This document shows positions 49,514 through 57,761 of a stretch of DNA of 64,000 bases, piece by piece. Both the position numbers and the translations under genes were made by a program. Each line of letters starts with the position of its first letter. The first letter of the stretch is position 1. The notes below the pieces were generated by a model. That model was not told where the DNA came from and did no database searches. It worked only from the letters and a program-made list of their open reading frames with translations. Source of the stretch: an uncultured Alphaproteobacteria bacterium (GTDB lineage: Bacteria > Pseudomonadota > Alphaproteobacteria > Caulobacterales > Aquidulcibacteraceae); contig CADEEA010000007.1 of the NCBI GenBank assembly GCA_902826245.1, forward strand, positions 4,285 to 68,284. Reading direction: 5' to 3'.

Positions 49514-50740
49514 ATGACCAACGCAGCCTTACCCGCGACGAAGGAGGCCGCGAATTGGCCGCTGGTGCTTTGCGCTATGTTGGGCGTGGCTGTCTGCTGT
49601 ACGCCAATCGCGATCTTGAGCCTCAGCGTGTTTTTTATCCCCCTGGGGGACGCGCTGGGATGGGGTCGCGGCGAGATCGCCGCAGCGCTTTCCATTCTGG
49701 CGCTTTCCATGGGGGTGGCGACCCCATTCGCGGGACGACTCATTGACAGGCTTGGCGTCAAGCCTGTCCTGGTTACATCCTTGTTGCTCTATGCGGGGTT
49801 CATGGCGGCTACGCCATATTTGATATCTCGCTTCGGGCTCTTGGGGTTCTACGGCGCCTATGTCGTCATCGGCATTGTCGGCGCCGGATCGAACACGGTC
49901 GCCTACACGCATGTACTCTCCGGCTGGTTCGACAAGGCGCGCGGCCTCGCGCTGGGCTTTGCGGTGAGCGGCATCGCCGTCGGCGCGGTGGTGGCGCCGG
50001 CGCTCGCGGCCTACTTGATTGAGGCCTATTCCTGGCAAGTCGGGTTTTACGGGCTGGCGGCGCTGCCGGTCCTTGTCGGCGCGCCAATTGCGTTGTTCGC
50101 CATCAGCGAGGCGCCGACGATCACCGCCGCGCATGAGAAGAAGGCTGAGGCGCCAGGCATGGATGCGGCCACCGCTTACAAAACCCGCGAATTCTTAGTG
50201 TTGTTCACGGTGTTCCTGATCGTGGCCACCTGCTTGCACGGCGTGCAAATTCACTTGCCCTCCTTGCTGGAGGATCGCGGCCTCACCACGCAAGCTGCGG
50301 TTGGCGCCTTCAGCCTACTGTTTGCGGTGACGGCGGTGACGCGCATAGCGGCGGGATTCTTGTTCGACCGCATGTTCGCGCCCATCATTGGCGGCGTCTT
50401 ATTTGTTCTTGGCGGCATCGGCATCGCCATGATGATGCCGACCTGGGCAGCGCTCTATTATTTGATCGCGGCGGCGCTGATCGGCATCGCAACTGGGGCT
50501 GAAACCGACCTTCTGGCCTATCTCACCGGGCGCTATTTTGGCTTGAAGGCGTTTGGCCAAGTTTATGGCGGCCTGTTCCTCGCCTTCATGATTGGCAGCG
50601 CCGTCGGCCCTTATGCGCTGGGCTTCGGCTTCGACGCCACCGGCAATTACGACCTCACGCTCACAGCGTGCGCAGTGGGCATGCTTATCGCGTGTGGTCT
50701 GCTTGTGACGCTGCCGCGTTATCCTAAGTTGGAGGCCTAG
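49514..50740 (+). CDS. MFS transporter (OFA/monocarboxylate-like), paralog of 46992-48260
   Basis: GRLIDRLGVK, WFDKARGLALG and AETDLLAYLTGRYFG. Confidence 0.9.
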   Translation: MTNAALPATKEAANWPLVLCAMLGVAVCCTPIAILSLSVFFIPLGDALGWGRGEIAAALSILALSMGVATPFAGRLIDRLGVKPVLVTSLLLYAGFMAATPYLISRFGLLGFYGAYVVIGIVGAGSNTVAYTHVLSGWFDKARGLALGFAVSGIAVGAVVAPALAAYLIEAYSWQVGFYGLAALPVLVGAPIALFAISEAPTITAAHEKKAEAPGMDAATAYKTREFLVLFTVFLIVATCLHGVQIHLPSLLEDRGLTTQAAVGAFSLLFAVTAVTRIAAGFLFDRMFAPIIGGVLFVLGGIGIAMMMPTWAALYYLIAAALIGIATGAETDLLAYLTGRYFGLKAFGQVYGGLFLAFMIGSAVGPYALGFGFDATGNYDLTLTACAVGMLIACGLLVTLPRYPKLEA

Positions 50741-51600
50741 CCGCCGCGGAACCAATCGGTGATTTCACTGCCGGTGGCGAACCAAACGTCCTTGTGCGCG
50801 GCGATATGAGCCAGCGCTTTATCGAGGTGTAAGGCTCGGAATGGGTGCCCGATGAGAAACGGGTGCAGGGCGATCGACATCAAGCGAGGCGTCCTCTCAC
50901 CTTCCGCGTATAATTGGTCAAACTGATCCACAATAATGTCATGGAAAGCCTTGCCCGTCCGCCCTTGGTGCAAGAACACCGGGATGTCGCCGACTTCAAG
51001 CGTGTAGGGCAAGGACAAGATCGAGCCCGCGCGCGTGCTCATCTCGTAAGGCAATTCGTCATTGGCCCAGTCCATTACATAGTCGACGCCTGCCTCTTTC
51101 AGGAGGTCCAGCGTGTTGTTGGTTTCGGTAAGCGCCGGCCCCAGCCAACCGCGCGGGCGCTTGCCACTCGCCTGCGCAATTCGATCAAGAACGCCAGCAA
51201 TAATTGGTTGTTCGGCCTCCGGCGGCATACCGGTGAACAGCATGGAATTGGTCGGCCCATGCGCAACCCATTCCCAGCCGAGCTTGTTGCCCTCTTCAAC
51301 TATGCGCGGGTACTCGTCGCAAACCTCGGAGTTAAGCGCGGCCGTGGCCTTCAGCCCGTGCTTGGCCAAAATCTCCATCACCCGCCACACACCCACCCGC
51401 GCGCCATAATCGCGCCAGGCATGGTTCAGGACGTCTGGGCTTAAGCCCGCCGTCATCGGCGTCATCGACATCGCTGGCTTGCCCCACTGGAAATGCTCGA
51501 TGTTAGGCGTGATCCACACGCCGACACGGGCGTCATTCGGCAATTTGCGAGTCGGCCGATCGACAATCGGCGAATAGTTGAATCGATTATGCCCGGTCAT
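50737..51600 (-). CDS. Polysaccharide deacetylase-family amidohydrolase (PuuE-like)
   Basis: WRDYGARVG, PRGWLGPAL, DWANDELPY and IALHPFLIG motifs. Start could also be 51615. Confidence 0.88.
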   Translation of the reverse strand: MTGHNRFNYSPIVDRPTRKLPNDARVGVWITPNIEHFQWGKPAMSMTPMTAGLSPDVLNHAWRDYGARVGVWRVMEILAKHGLKATAALNSEVCDEYPRIVEEGNKLGWEWVAHGPTNSMLFTGMPPEAEQPIIAGVLDRIAQASGKRPRGWLGPALTETNNTLDLLKEAGVDYVMDWANDELPYEMSTRAGSILSLPYTLEVGDIPVFLHQGRTGKAFHDIIVDQFDQLYAEGERTPRLMSIALHPFLIGHPFRALHLDKALAHIAAHKDVWFATGSEITDWFRGG

Positions 51601-51618
51601 GTGTGCGCTCTCCAAACC

Positions 51619-51855
51619 TTAAGCACTGGATTTTTTGATCGGCGGGAACACCTGCCCGCCTTCCCCATCAAACAGATTGATCACCCGATAGGGGCAGCTC
51701 CGCGCCGCGCGCAGCAACACATCATCCGAGGAGGCGCCGCTGTCGCCGAGCACAACCTTGCCATCCTCGCCAAGCGAGAACGTCTGCGGCGCCAGTTGCA
51801 CACACTTGCCGTGCGCCTGACACTTTTCGCGGTTGACCCGTACTTCGAACCCCAT
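51619..51855 (-). CDS. Ferredoxin, CxxHxxC...CP ([3Fe-4S]-type)
   Basis: CQAHGKC...SCPYRVI. Confidence 0.88.
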   Translation of the reverse strand: MGFEVRVNREKCQAHGKCVQLAPQTFSLGEDGKVVLGDSGASSDDVLLRAARSCPYRVINLFDGEGGQVFPPIKKSSA

Positions 51856-51864
51856 TGTGGCCTT

Positions 51865-52332
51865 TCAGATGATGAATTGCAGCAGCGGCAACTCGCGCTC
51901 GCTGTTGATCAAGAATACTGTCTTGCGGGCGATGCGAAAATCCTCGCCGGCGCGGCGCAACGCGTGCACGCTGCGGCCGATCCATAGCTGCTGCTCTGCG
52001 GTCCGCGCCACGCCAAGGATAAAGTTCGAGCCCACTTCGCACTTGTCCTCGCGATGGCTCAGAATCTCGATGTTTGACACCACGCGTCGCATGGCCCCGC
52101 GCGCGCCCTCGACAGCAAGCACCGAGCCGGATTTCAGGCGCGCGACCCTCTGTTCGATGCGCGGGTAGTCGTCATTGACGATAGATACTTTTCCTGGCTC
52201 CCCGCCGGCGCCGATCGGAACCTGGTAGACTCCGTCCTTGTCCCAAAGCGCGAGCCAGCCGGAATAATCCATCTCGTCCATCAACCGCGCCTCGCGGAAG
52301 AGGAACGCCTCGACTGCGGCCTGCTCGCTCAC
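51865..52332 (-). CDS. Aromatic ring-hydroxylating dioxygenase beta subunit
   Basis: FLFREARLMD...WLALW, RRVVSNIEI and FRIARKTVFLIN. Confidence 0.92.
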   Translation of the reverse strand: MSEQAAVEAFLFREARLMDEMDYSGWLALWDKDGVYQVPIGAGGEPGKVSIVNDDYPRIEQRVARLKSGSVLAVEGARGAMRRVVSNIEILSHREDKCEVGSNFILGVARTAEQQLWIGRSVHALRRAGEDFRIARKTVFLINSERELPLLQFII

Positions 52333-53576
52333 TCCCCGTCCTCCATGAGCGAAACATAATGCCGCCAGAAGCCACGCAAGTGCGTCTCATCGCGTGTCAT
52401 GCCGGAACGGCCTCCATCCGGCATTGAACGCTCGCGGTGCATGCCGCGGCCAATATAGAGCCGATCATCACCGCGCGCCTGCATGCCGACTTGGTTGCGC
52501 TCCATGATCTCGACATCGTCTGGCGACACAAAGCCAGCCGAGCCGAACATGAATTCGTGATCCGAGAGGCGCGCTTCGTTAATCTCGGCGGGCGCGCCCT
52601 TGAGCATGACCGGGAAATAATAGGAATGCGTTCGATCCACGCTCACCGGCTGCACAACGCGCAAATGTGTGATCACGTACATCAGGTTCGGGAATACATA
52701 GAGCAGCGGCGCCATTGTGCTCAACATGGCCGCCGCCTTGGCCTCGCCATGGCGCGCTTTCAGCTTGGCGATGTATTCGAGACGCGCCGCACTAGGTTGG
52801 CGTTTGGGCGGGTCCATGGGCGCGCCGCGATAATCTTCCACCATGTGCCCACCCGGCAGAGAACGGATCACATCAGGCACTTCGTCCGTCGCAAGCGCGG
52901 TAACGTCAAAACCGGTGCGCTTGGCGTAAAGGTCGAAAGCGACCCCGTGTATGAAGGGGCCATGATAGTCGCCCTCCATCGAGTTCTCCGGCATGTATTT
53001 CCAATTGCCGCGATAGACGACCTTCTGCTCGCCGGCGTCGACCGCAATTTCGCCCTCAGGCGAGAGATCCATGAACAGGTCGAGAAATTCTGTGACGCCG
53101 CCCAAATGCTCGGCCAAGCTCTGCCCTTCTGCAGCGACGCTGGCGAACACTAAGCCGCGATAGCTGTCCTGGCGCGGCAACGGTGTGAGGCCGAAGCGCT
53201 CCTTCTCGAGATCGTAATCATAGCCATCGTCAAAAGTCGGCGCGACAAGCTCACCGGTATTGGCATAGGTCCAGCCGTGGTAGGGACAGACAATGCTCTT
53301 CGCCACACCGCGCTCGGCGAAACACACCAAATTGGCGCGATGACGACAGCGATTGTAGAACACGCGTACCTTGTCATCGTTGCCGCGCACCATAATCACT
53401 GGCTGCAAGCCGATTTGTCTCCGCACGAAGTCGCCCGGCTTTGGCACTTCGCTTTCGTGGCCAACATATACCCACACCCTGTACCAGATGCGCTCCAGCT
53501 CGCGCTGAAACAGCCCCGGGTCGCGGTAGACGCTGCCGCGGACAACGGCGTCCTGGGCTAATGGAGCATCAGTCAT
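52329..53576 (-). CDS. Aromatic ring-hydroxylating dioxygenase alpha subunit
   Basis: NRCRHRA...CPYHGW, EGDYHGPFIH and DDVE motifs. Confidence 0.93.
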   Translation of the reverse strand: MTDAPLAQDAVVRGSVYRDPGLFQRELERIWYRVWVYVGHESEVPKPGDFVRRQIGLQPVIMVRGNDDKVRVFYNRCRHRANLVCFAERGVAKSIVCPYHGWTYANTGELVAPTFDDGYDYDLEKERFGLTPLPRQDSYRGLVFASVAAEGQSLAEHLGGVTEFLDLFMDLSPEGEIAVDAGEQKVVYRGNWKYMPENSMEGDYHGPFIHGVAFDLYAKRTGFDVTALATDEVPDVIRSLPGGHMVEDYRGAPMDPPKRQPSAARLEYIAKLKARHGEAKAAAMLSTMAPLLYVFPNLMYVITHLRVVQPVSVDRTHSYYFPVMLKGAPAEINEARLSDHEFMFGSAGFVSPDDVEIMERNQVGMQARGDDRLYIGRGMHRERSMPDGGRSGMTRDETHLRGFWRHYVSLMEDGE

Positions 53577-53579
53577 CGG

Positions 53580-54668
53580 TCAGTACGGCTCATAATCGCG
53601 AAGGTTGGGTATGACGTGTTCGCCGAAGAGGCGGATTGAACGCATCAACGCCTCCTCGGGCATGTCGCCGAAATTGAACTCGCCAAAAAACGTATTGAAA
53701 CTTCCCTCCTTGGCCCAAGCCCGCAACTTGTTCGCGACGGTGTCAGGCGCGCCGATCAACACGAGGTCCTTTTCGATCAGGTAATCAGGGTCGAGCATAT
53801 TGAGGATGATCTCGCCCGCGCCTGGATCGTTGCGGCTTTCGAAATATGCGGCGGTTTCCTTTTGCTTCTTGCGGATTTCCTCCCAGTCGTCGCCGGTCGA
53901 AAAGAACCCTTTATAAGCGTTGCCGGCGTCGGCCTTTGCGCGCGAGAGCGCGATCTCATCGGTCTCATCAACGTAGACTACCGTTGAGTAGGCGATGTTC
54001 GGAACACCAGCGTGGCCGTGCTGCTTCCAACCAGAAAGATAAGGCCCGTAGCGAGCATGAGCTTCTTTGCGCGGAAACAGCAGAAAATAGCCCGAGTGCA
54101 TGCCAAGCTCGGCACACAATTCTAGCGTCGGTGGATCACGGGTTTCCATCCACACGGGTGGACATGGTTTCTGGACTGGCCAAACGGATAGCTCTAGGTC
54201 CTTGACCTTGATCAGCGCGCCCTCCCAACTAGCCGGCGAACCTTGTTGGAACGCCGACTTCATGAAACGGGCGAACTCCTGAGTAATTTCGCGGCGTTCG
54301 GCAAAATTCGCGCCGAAATGTTTGAAATAGCTGTCCTGGATGCCTGGTACCAAGCCTACTTCTATGCGCCCGTTGGTGAGCTGATCGGTGAGCGCTATCT
54401 CCTCCAGCAAGCGGATCGGGTTATGCAAGGGCACAACATGGCCCATGGCCCCCACACGAATCCGCTTCGTCCGCGCCGCTGCCGCTACCGCGAACAGATT
54501 CGGCGACGACATCCAACTCTCGCCCGGCGTGAAATGGTGCTCGACGCTGAACGCATAGTCGAAGCCAACCTCATCGCAGAGCGCGATCTCACGCCACAAT
54601 TGCTCGTAGCGTTGGTGGGGCGTCATGCCGGCCTTGCCCCAGACATGGGCAAAATGGGCAAACCTCAT
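53580..54668 (-). CDS. Luciferase-like (LLM) flavin-dependent monooxygenase
   Basis: VEHHF, RIRVGAM, PIRLLEEIALTDQLTNGRIEVG; GGAGG SD before ATG 54668. Confidence 0.92.
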   Translation of the reverse strand: MRFAHFAHVWGKAGMTPHQRYEQLWREIALCDEVGFDYAFSVEHHFTPGESWMSSPNLFAVAAAARTKRIRVGAMGHVVPLHNPIRLLEEIALTDQLTNGRIEVGLVPGIQDSYFKHFGANFAERREITQEFARFMKSAFQQGSPASWEGALIKVKDLELSVWPVQKPCPPVWMETRDPPTLELCAELGMHSGYFLLFPRKEAHARYGPYLSGWKQHGHAGVPNIAYSTVVYVDETDEIALSRAKADAGNAYKGFFSTGDDWEEIRKKQKETAAYFESRNDPGAGEIILNMLDPDYLIEKDLVLIGAPDTVANKLRAWAKEGSFNTFFGEFNFGDMPEEALMRSIRLFGEHVIPNLRDYEPY

Positions 54669-54729
54669 CGCCTCCTCCAGACATGGCTGATGCGCCAAAC
54701 ACTAATCGCTCGAACACGAAACACAAGGA

Positions 54730-54740
54730 TTGTCTGACAT
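54730..54740. promoter_or_regulatory. Operator copy 6 (TTGTCTGACAT)
   Basis: In the 84-bp gap upstream of the LLM-alpha-beta-ferredoxin-deacetylase genes. Confidence 0.65.
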
Positions 54741-54752
54741 TTGCGGGTGAGA

Positions 54753-55604
54753 TCAAGCCCGCAAGAACGCTGCCGCCATTTCGTTGAAACGCTCGGCATG
54801 TTCGATGTGCGAGCAATGGCCCGAGCGCGCAAAAACCTCGAACCTGCCGTCGCTTAGCATGAGCCGCCCATTGTCTATCGCGCCATCTGGCTCAGCCAGT
54901 AATTTGTCGTTCTGGCCAGTGATAAGCAGCAGCGGCGTTACACAAGCGCTGTAATCAGGTTGCGGTGGCGCGCTACCCGGCCGCCCTGGCATCCGGAACC
55001 GCGCGGCTTCCACTGCTTCCCAATGGCCCGGCATCAAGGCGCTCGCCTGACGACGCGCGACATAGGCCTCATCATTGGGCCAGGAATCGCTGTGGAAGCT
55101 GGCGGCCACGATGGCGCGCATGGCCTCAAGCGTTCCGTCATAAGCATTGTGGAAGGCGCGCCCTGGCCCGGGCGTGCCGATCGAGGATGGGCTTACCAGC
55201 ACCATTTTGCGGATTGGCAAGGCGCGCCGATAATCGACGCCGCGCTCGGAAGTCCACTGCAACAGGAACGAGGCCGCACACGAATTGCCTATGAAATCGG
55301 CCTCCGCGACGGCCAGAGTCTCAAGGAAACGCTGCAATTGCCGCAATCGCGGCGCCAGCGGGCTGCGACCAAAATCGTATATCTTGTCGCTGCCGCCATA
55401 GCCCAGCCAATCGGGGGCGAGGATGTGGAAATGCTGGCTCAGCGCCCGGATATTGTATTCCCAGCTAATCTCGGCGCAGGCGCCAAACTCGCAAGAGTGC
55501 AGCAGAACGAGCTTTGGGCTCTGGCTGTCGCCGGCCTCGAGGTAGTGCGTGGTGACTCCATCAATGACGATGGCCTTGCTTGCCGCACCAGACGGGGTGT
55601 TCAT
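54753..55604 (-). CDS. Alpha/beta hydrolase (MhpC/BphD-like fold)
   Basis: APDWLGYG, nucleophile elbow GNSCA and SGHCSHIE catalytic His. Confidence 0.85.
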   Translation of the reverse strand: MNTPSGAASKAIVIDGVTTHYLEAGDSQSPKLVLLHSCEFGACAEISWEYNIRALSQHFHILAPDWLGYGGSDKIYDFGRSPLAPRLRQLQRFLETLAVAEADFIGNSCAASFLLQWTSERGVDYRRALPIRKMVLVSPSSIGTPGPGRAFHNAYDGTLEAMRAIVAASFHSDSWPNDEAYVARRQASALMPGHWEAVEAARFRMPGRPGSAPPQPDYSACVTPLLLITGQNDKLLAEPDGAIDNGRLMLSDGRFEVFARSGHCSHIEHAERFNEMAAAFLRA

Positions 55605-55616
55605 AGGCAGGTTCCC

Positions 55617-56981
55617 TCAAGGCGCCGCATTTTGGCGATCCATCAGCCAGCGCCCGATTGCCAGCATCTCGGCGTCGCGATGCTCAAATCCCATAAATTG
55701 CACGCCAAGCGGTAGGCCATCCACCGCCAACAAGGGCAGATTCATGCTCGGCGCGCCGATGGCGGAGGATGCATCATTGTACCAGGGCGTACCCAATTGC
55801 GGCTGGCCGACTTGCCCCGGGCCAACATGCGCCAGCGTGATAAAACCATCAACGGCGCCAGCCAACCCGCGATGCTGCGCGCGCAGATCTTCACGGCGCT
55901 CCATGGCTTGCTTATACCGCTCAGACGAAATCGCAATCGCGCGATCGATATGGCCATGCATGATGGCGCTGAATTTATCAGGGTGGGCGTCGCGAAGACC
56001 GCGCAGCGGCCAGACCATTTCCCGGAATAGATCAAAGAACCAGTCGAGCACAGCTGCGGTCGCGGCCTCATAAGCCGCGAATTCCGGCACAGCGTTTGGT
56101 TCGACAATCTCCACGCCCGCTGCGGAAAGTTCACTCACCCAGTCTTCGAAACAGGCTTGCGAAGCGGCGTCCGTCTTCTCCCAGCCGATCGTGTATTGCC
56201 GCGCCAGCCGCAGCGGCTTTCTCGCGGCCGGCAGCGGGCCTTCGCCGGCAAATGGCTCGCAGCCAGGGTCGCCGCCAACGCTGGCGGCTATGTGGCAGGC
56301 CGCGTCCCAGATATCTTCCAGCGTCGCGCCAATCAGCACGAGGTGATTGAGGCTTGGCGTTGGATCGACGCCGCCATGACGGTTGAGCGCCCCGAACGTC
56401 GGCTTCAATGCGGGCACGCCACAAATCGAAGCGGGACGAATGCCAGAGCCACGCACTTGGCTCCCCGTCGCCAGCGGCAGCATGCCGGCAGCCACCGCAG
56501 CCGCCGAACCCGAAGACGATCCCCCCGGCGTTCGCGTCAAATCCCACGGATTCCACGTCGGCGCCGGCAGCGCCATCGTCCATTCCGTAGTCGTGGTTTT
56601 GCCGACCACAACGCCGCCGCCCTGACGTAATGCGTCAACATGGGCTGCATCGATCTGCGCGGGCGGCGCATCATCGAAGACTGGGCTGTTCAACCGCGTC
56701 GGCCAGCCCGCAACATCGAAGCAATCCTTGACCGCGAACGGCATGCCATCGATGCGCGACAGCGGGCGTTGCTCGCGCCAGCGCTGGCCTGCCTCATCGG
56801 CGCCGCGCCGCGCGGCCTCCAAATCAGACACCACAAACGCCTTGACCGCTGGCTCCAGCGCCTCAAGCCGCTCCAAACATCCTTCTAGAAACTGCCGCGG
56901 ACTATTGTTACCCGATACAAACGTTTCGCGCGCGGCGGCGAAACTCGCGAACCGGGCCGTACGAGGGTCATAAACGCTCAT
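55617..56981 (-). CDS. Amidase-signature family enzyme
   Basis: AVKD Lys, PGGSSSGSAAAVA and GSQVRGS; ATGA overlap with the GntR gene. Confidence 0.9.
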   Translation of the reverse strand: MSVYDPRTARFASFAAARETFVSGNNSPRQFLEGCLERLEALEPAVKAFVVSDLEAARRGADEAGQRWREQRPLSRIDGMPFAVKDCFDVAGWPTRLNSPVFDDAPPAQIDAAHVDALRQGGGVVVGKTTTTEWTMALPAPTWNPWDLTRTPGGSSSGSAAAVAAGMLPLATGSQVRGSGIRPASICGVPALKPTFGALNRHGGVDPTPSLNHLVLIGATLEDIWDAACHIAASVGGDPGCEPFAGEGPLPAARKPLRLARQYTIGWEKTDAASQACFEDWVSELSAAGVEIVEPNAVPEFAAYEAATAAVLDWFFDLFREMVWPLRGLRDAHPDKFSAIMHGHIDRAIAISSERYKQAMERREDLRAQHRGLAGAVDGFITLAHVGPGQVGQPQLGTPWYNDASSAIGAPSMNLPLLAVDGLPLGVQFMGFEHRDAEMLAIGRWLMDRQNAAP

Positions 56982-57694
56982 ACGCGAGCACCCGCATGAA
57001 AACAGAGCGCCGGATGCAGCATTTGCGTTACCGCAATCGCGCGGCCCGCAGCGCAATCGGTCCACCACAGCGACAAGAGCGGCGCCCCTGGCGGCGCTTT
57101 CAGCAGCATCGCAAAACGCGGTTCCGCAGATATCGCCTCAACCCAACCATCCCTCATCGCCACGGGGGTCGCCGTCCAATCTGAAAGCGAGGAGGCAAAG
57201 CGCCGCCCGCTGGCAAGGGCATCAAGCGCCCCTGTAAATTGCGGATGCAGGTAGCGCTTCACCCCCCAACGCGGCGCATCGTTGGACACCTTGATGAAGA
57301 ATGGAATCGGGGCGTGGCTGCGCACTCCAAGCAATTCCGAAACCTGAGGCGGAGCTGGGGCGCAACCGGTGCGGACCAGACGCTGCGCTCGATCGGCGAG
57401 CGCAGAAGCCTCCCCCCAGGAACGCACTTTGCGAGCCGCCGGACGGCCCGCCCGTGCATCGCCGCGCACAAATGTTCCGCGCCCAACCTGGCGATCAATG
57501 AGGCCGTCCCTCTCCAAGGACTCCAGCGCCTGACGCACAGTGGCGCGACTTACTCCGTAGCGCAGGCGTAGTGTTTCCTCAGTCGGCACTTGATCCCCTG
57601 CCCTCAGCTCGCCATCGGCGATCTGCTCGCGCAAGATGGCCTCCATCTGTCGATAGAGACGCAAATCGCCCTGGCGGAGGGCCGCGCGCGGCAT
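56978..57694 (-). CDS. GntR-family regulator (HutC/UTRA-like C-terminus)
   Basis: PTEETLRLRYGVSRATVRQAL...GRGTFV wHTH; divergent C-terminal domain. Confidence 0.88.
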   Translation of the reverse strand: MPRAALRQGDLRLYRQMEAILREQIADGELRAGDQVPTEETLRLRYGVSRATVRQALESLERDGLIDRQVGRGTFVRGDARAGRPAARKVRSWGEASALADRAQRLVRTGCAPAPPQVSELLGVRSHAPIPFFIKVSNDAPRWGVKRYLHPQFTGALDALASGRRFASSLSDWTATPVAMRDGWVEAISAEPRFAMLLKAPPGAPLLSLWWTDCAAGRAIAVTQMLHPALCFHAGARV

Positions 57695-57703
57695 AGCTGC
57701 TCC

Positions 57704-57732
57704 TTTACATTATGTACGGTTGACCGTACAAT
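57704..57732 (+). promoter_or_regulatory. Sigma70-like promoter with an embedded 18-bp palindromic operator
   Basis: TTTACA (57704-09), a 17-nt spacer, then TACAAT (57727-32). TGTACGGT-TG-ACCGTACA at 57713-57730. Confidence 0.75.
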
Positions 57733-57761
57733 TAAACCCTCCAATCCGCAAGAGGCAGACG

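Noticed and set aside
57720-57761. Upstream start for the ThDP enzyme in the ORF track
   Set aside because: It falls inside the promoter/operator; ATG 57762 has an AGAGG SD.
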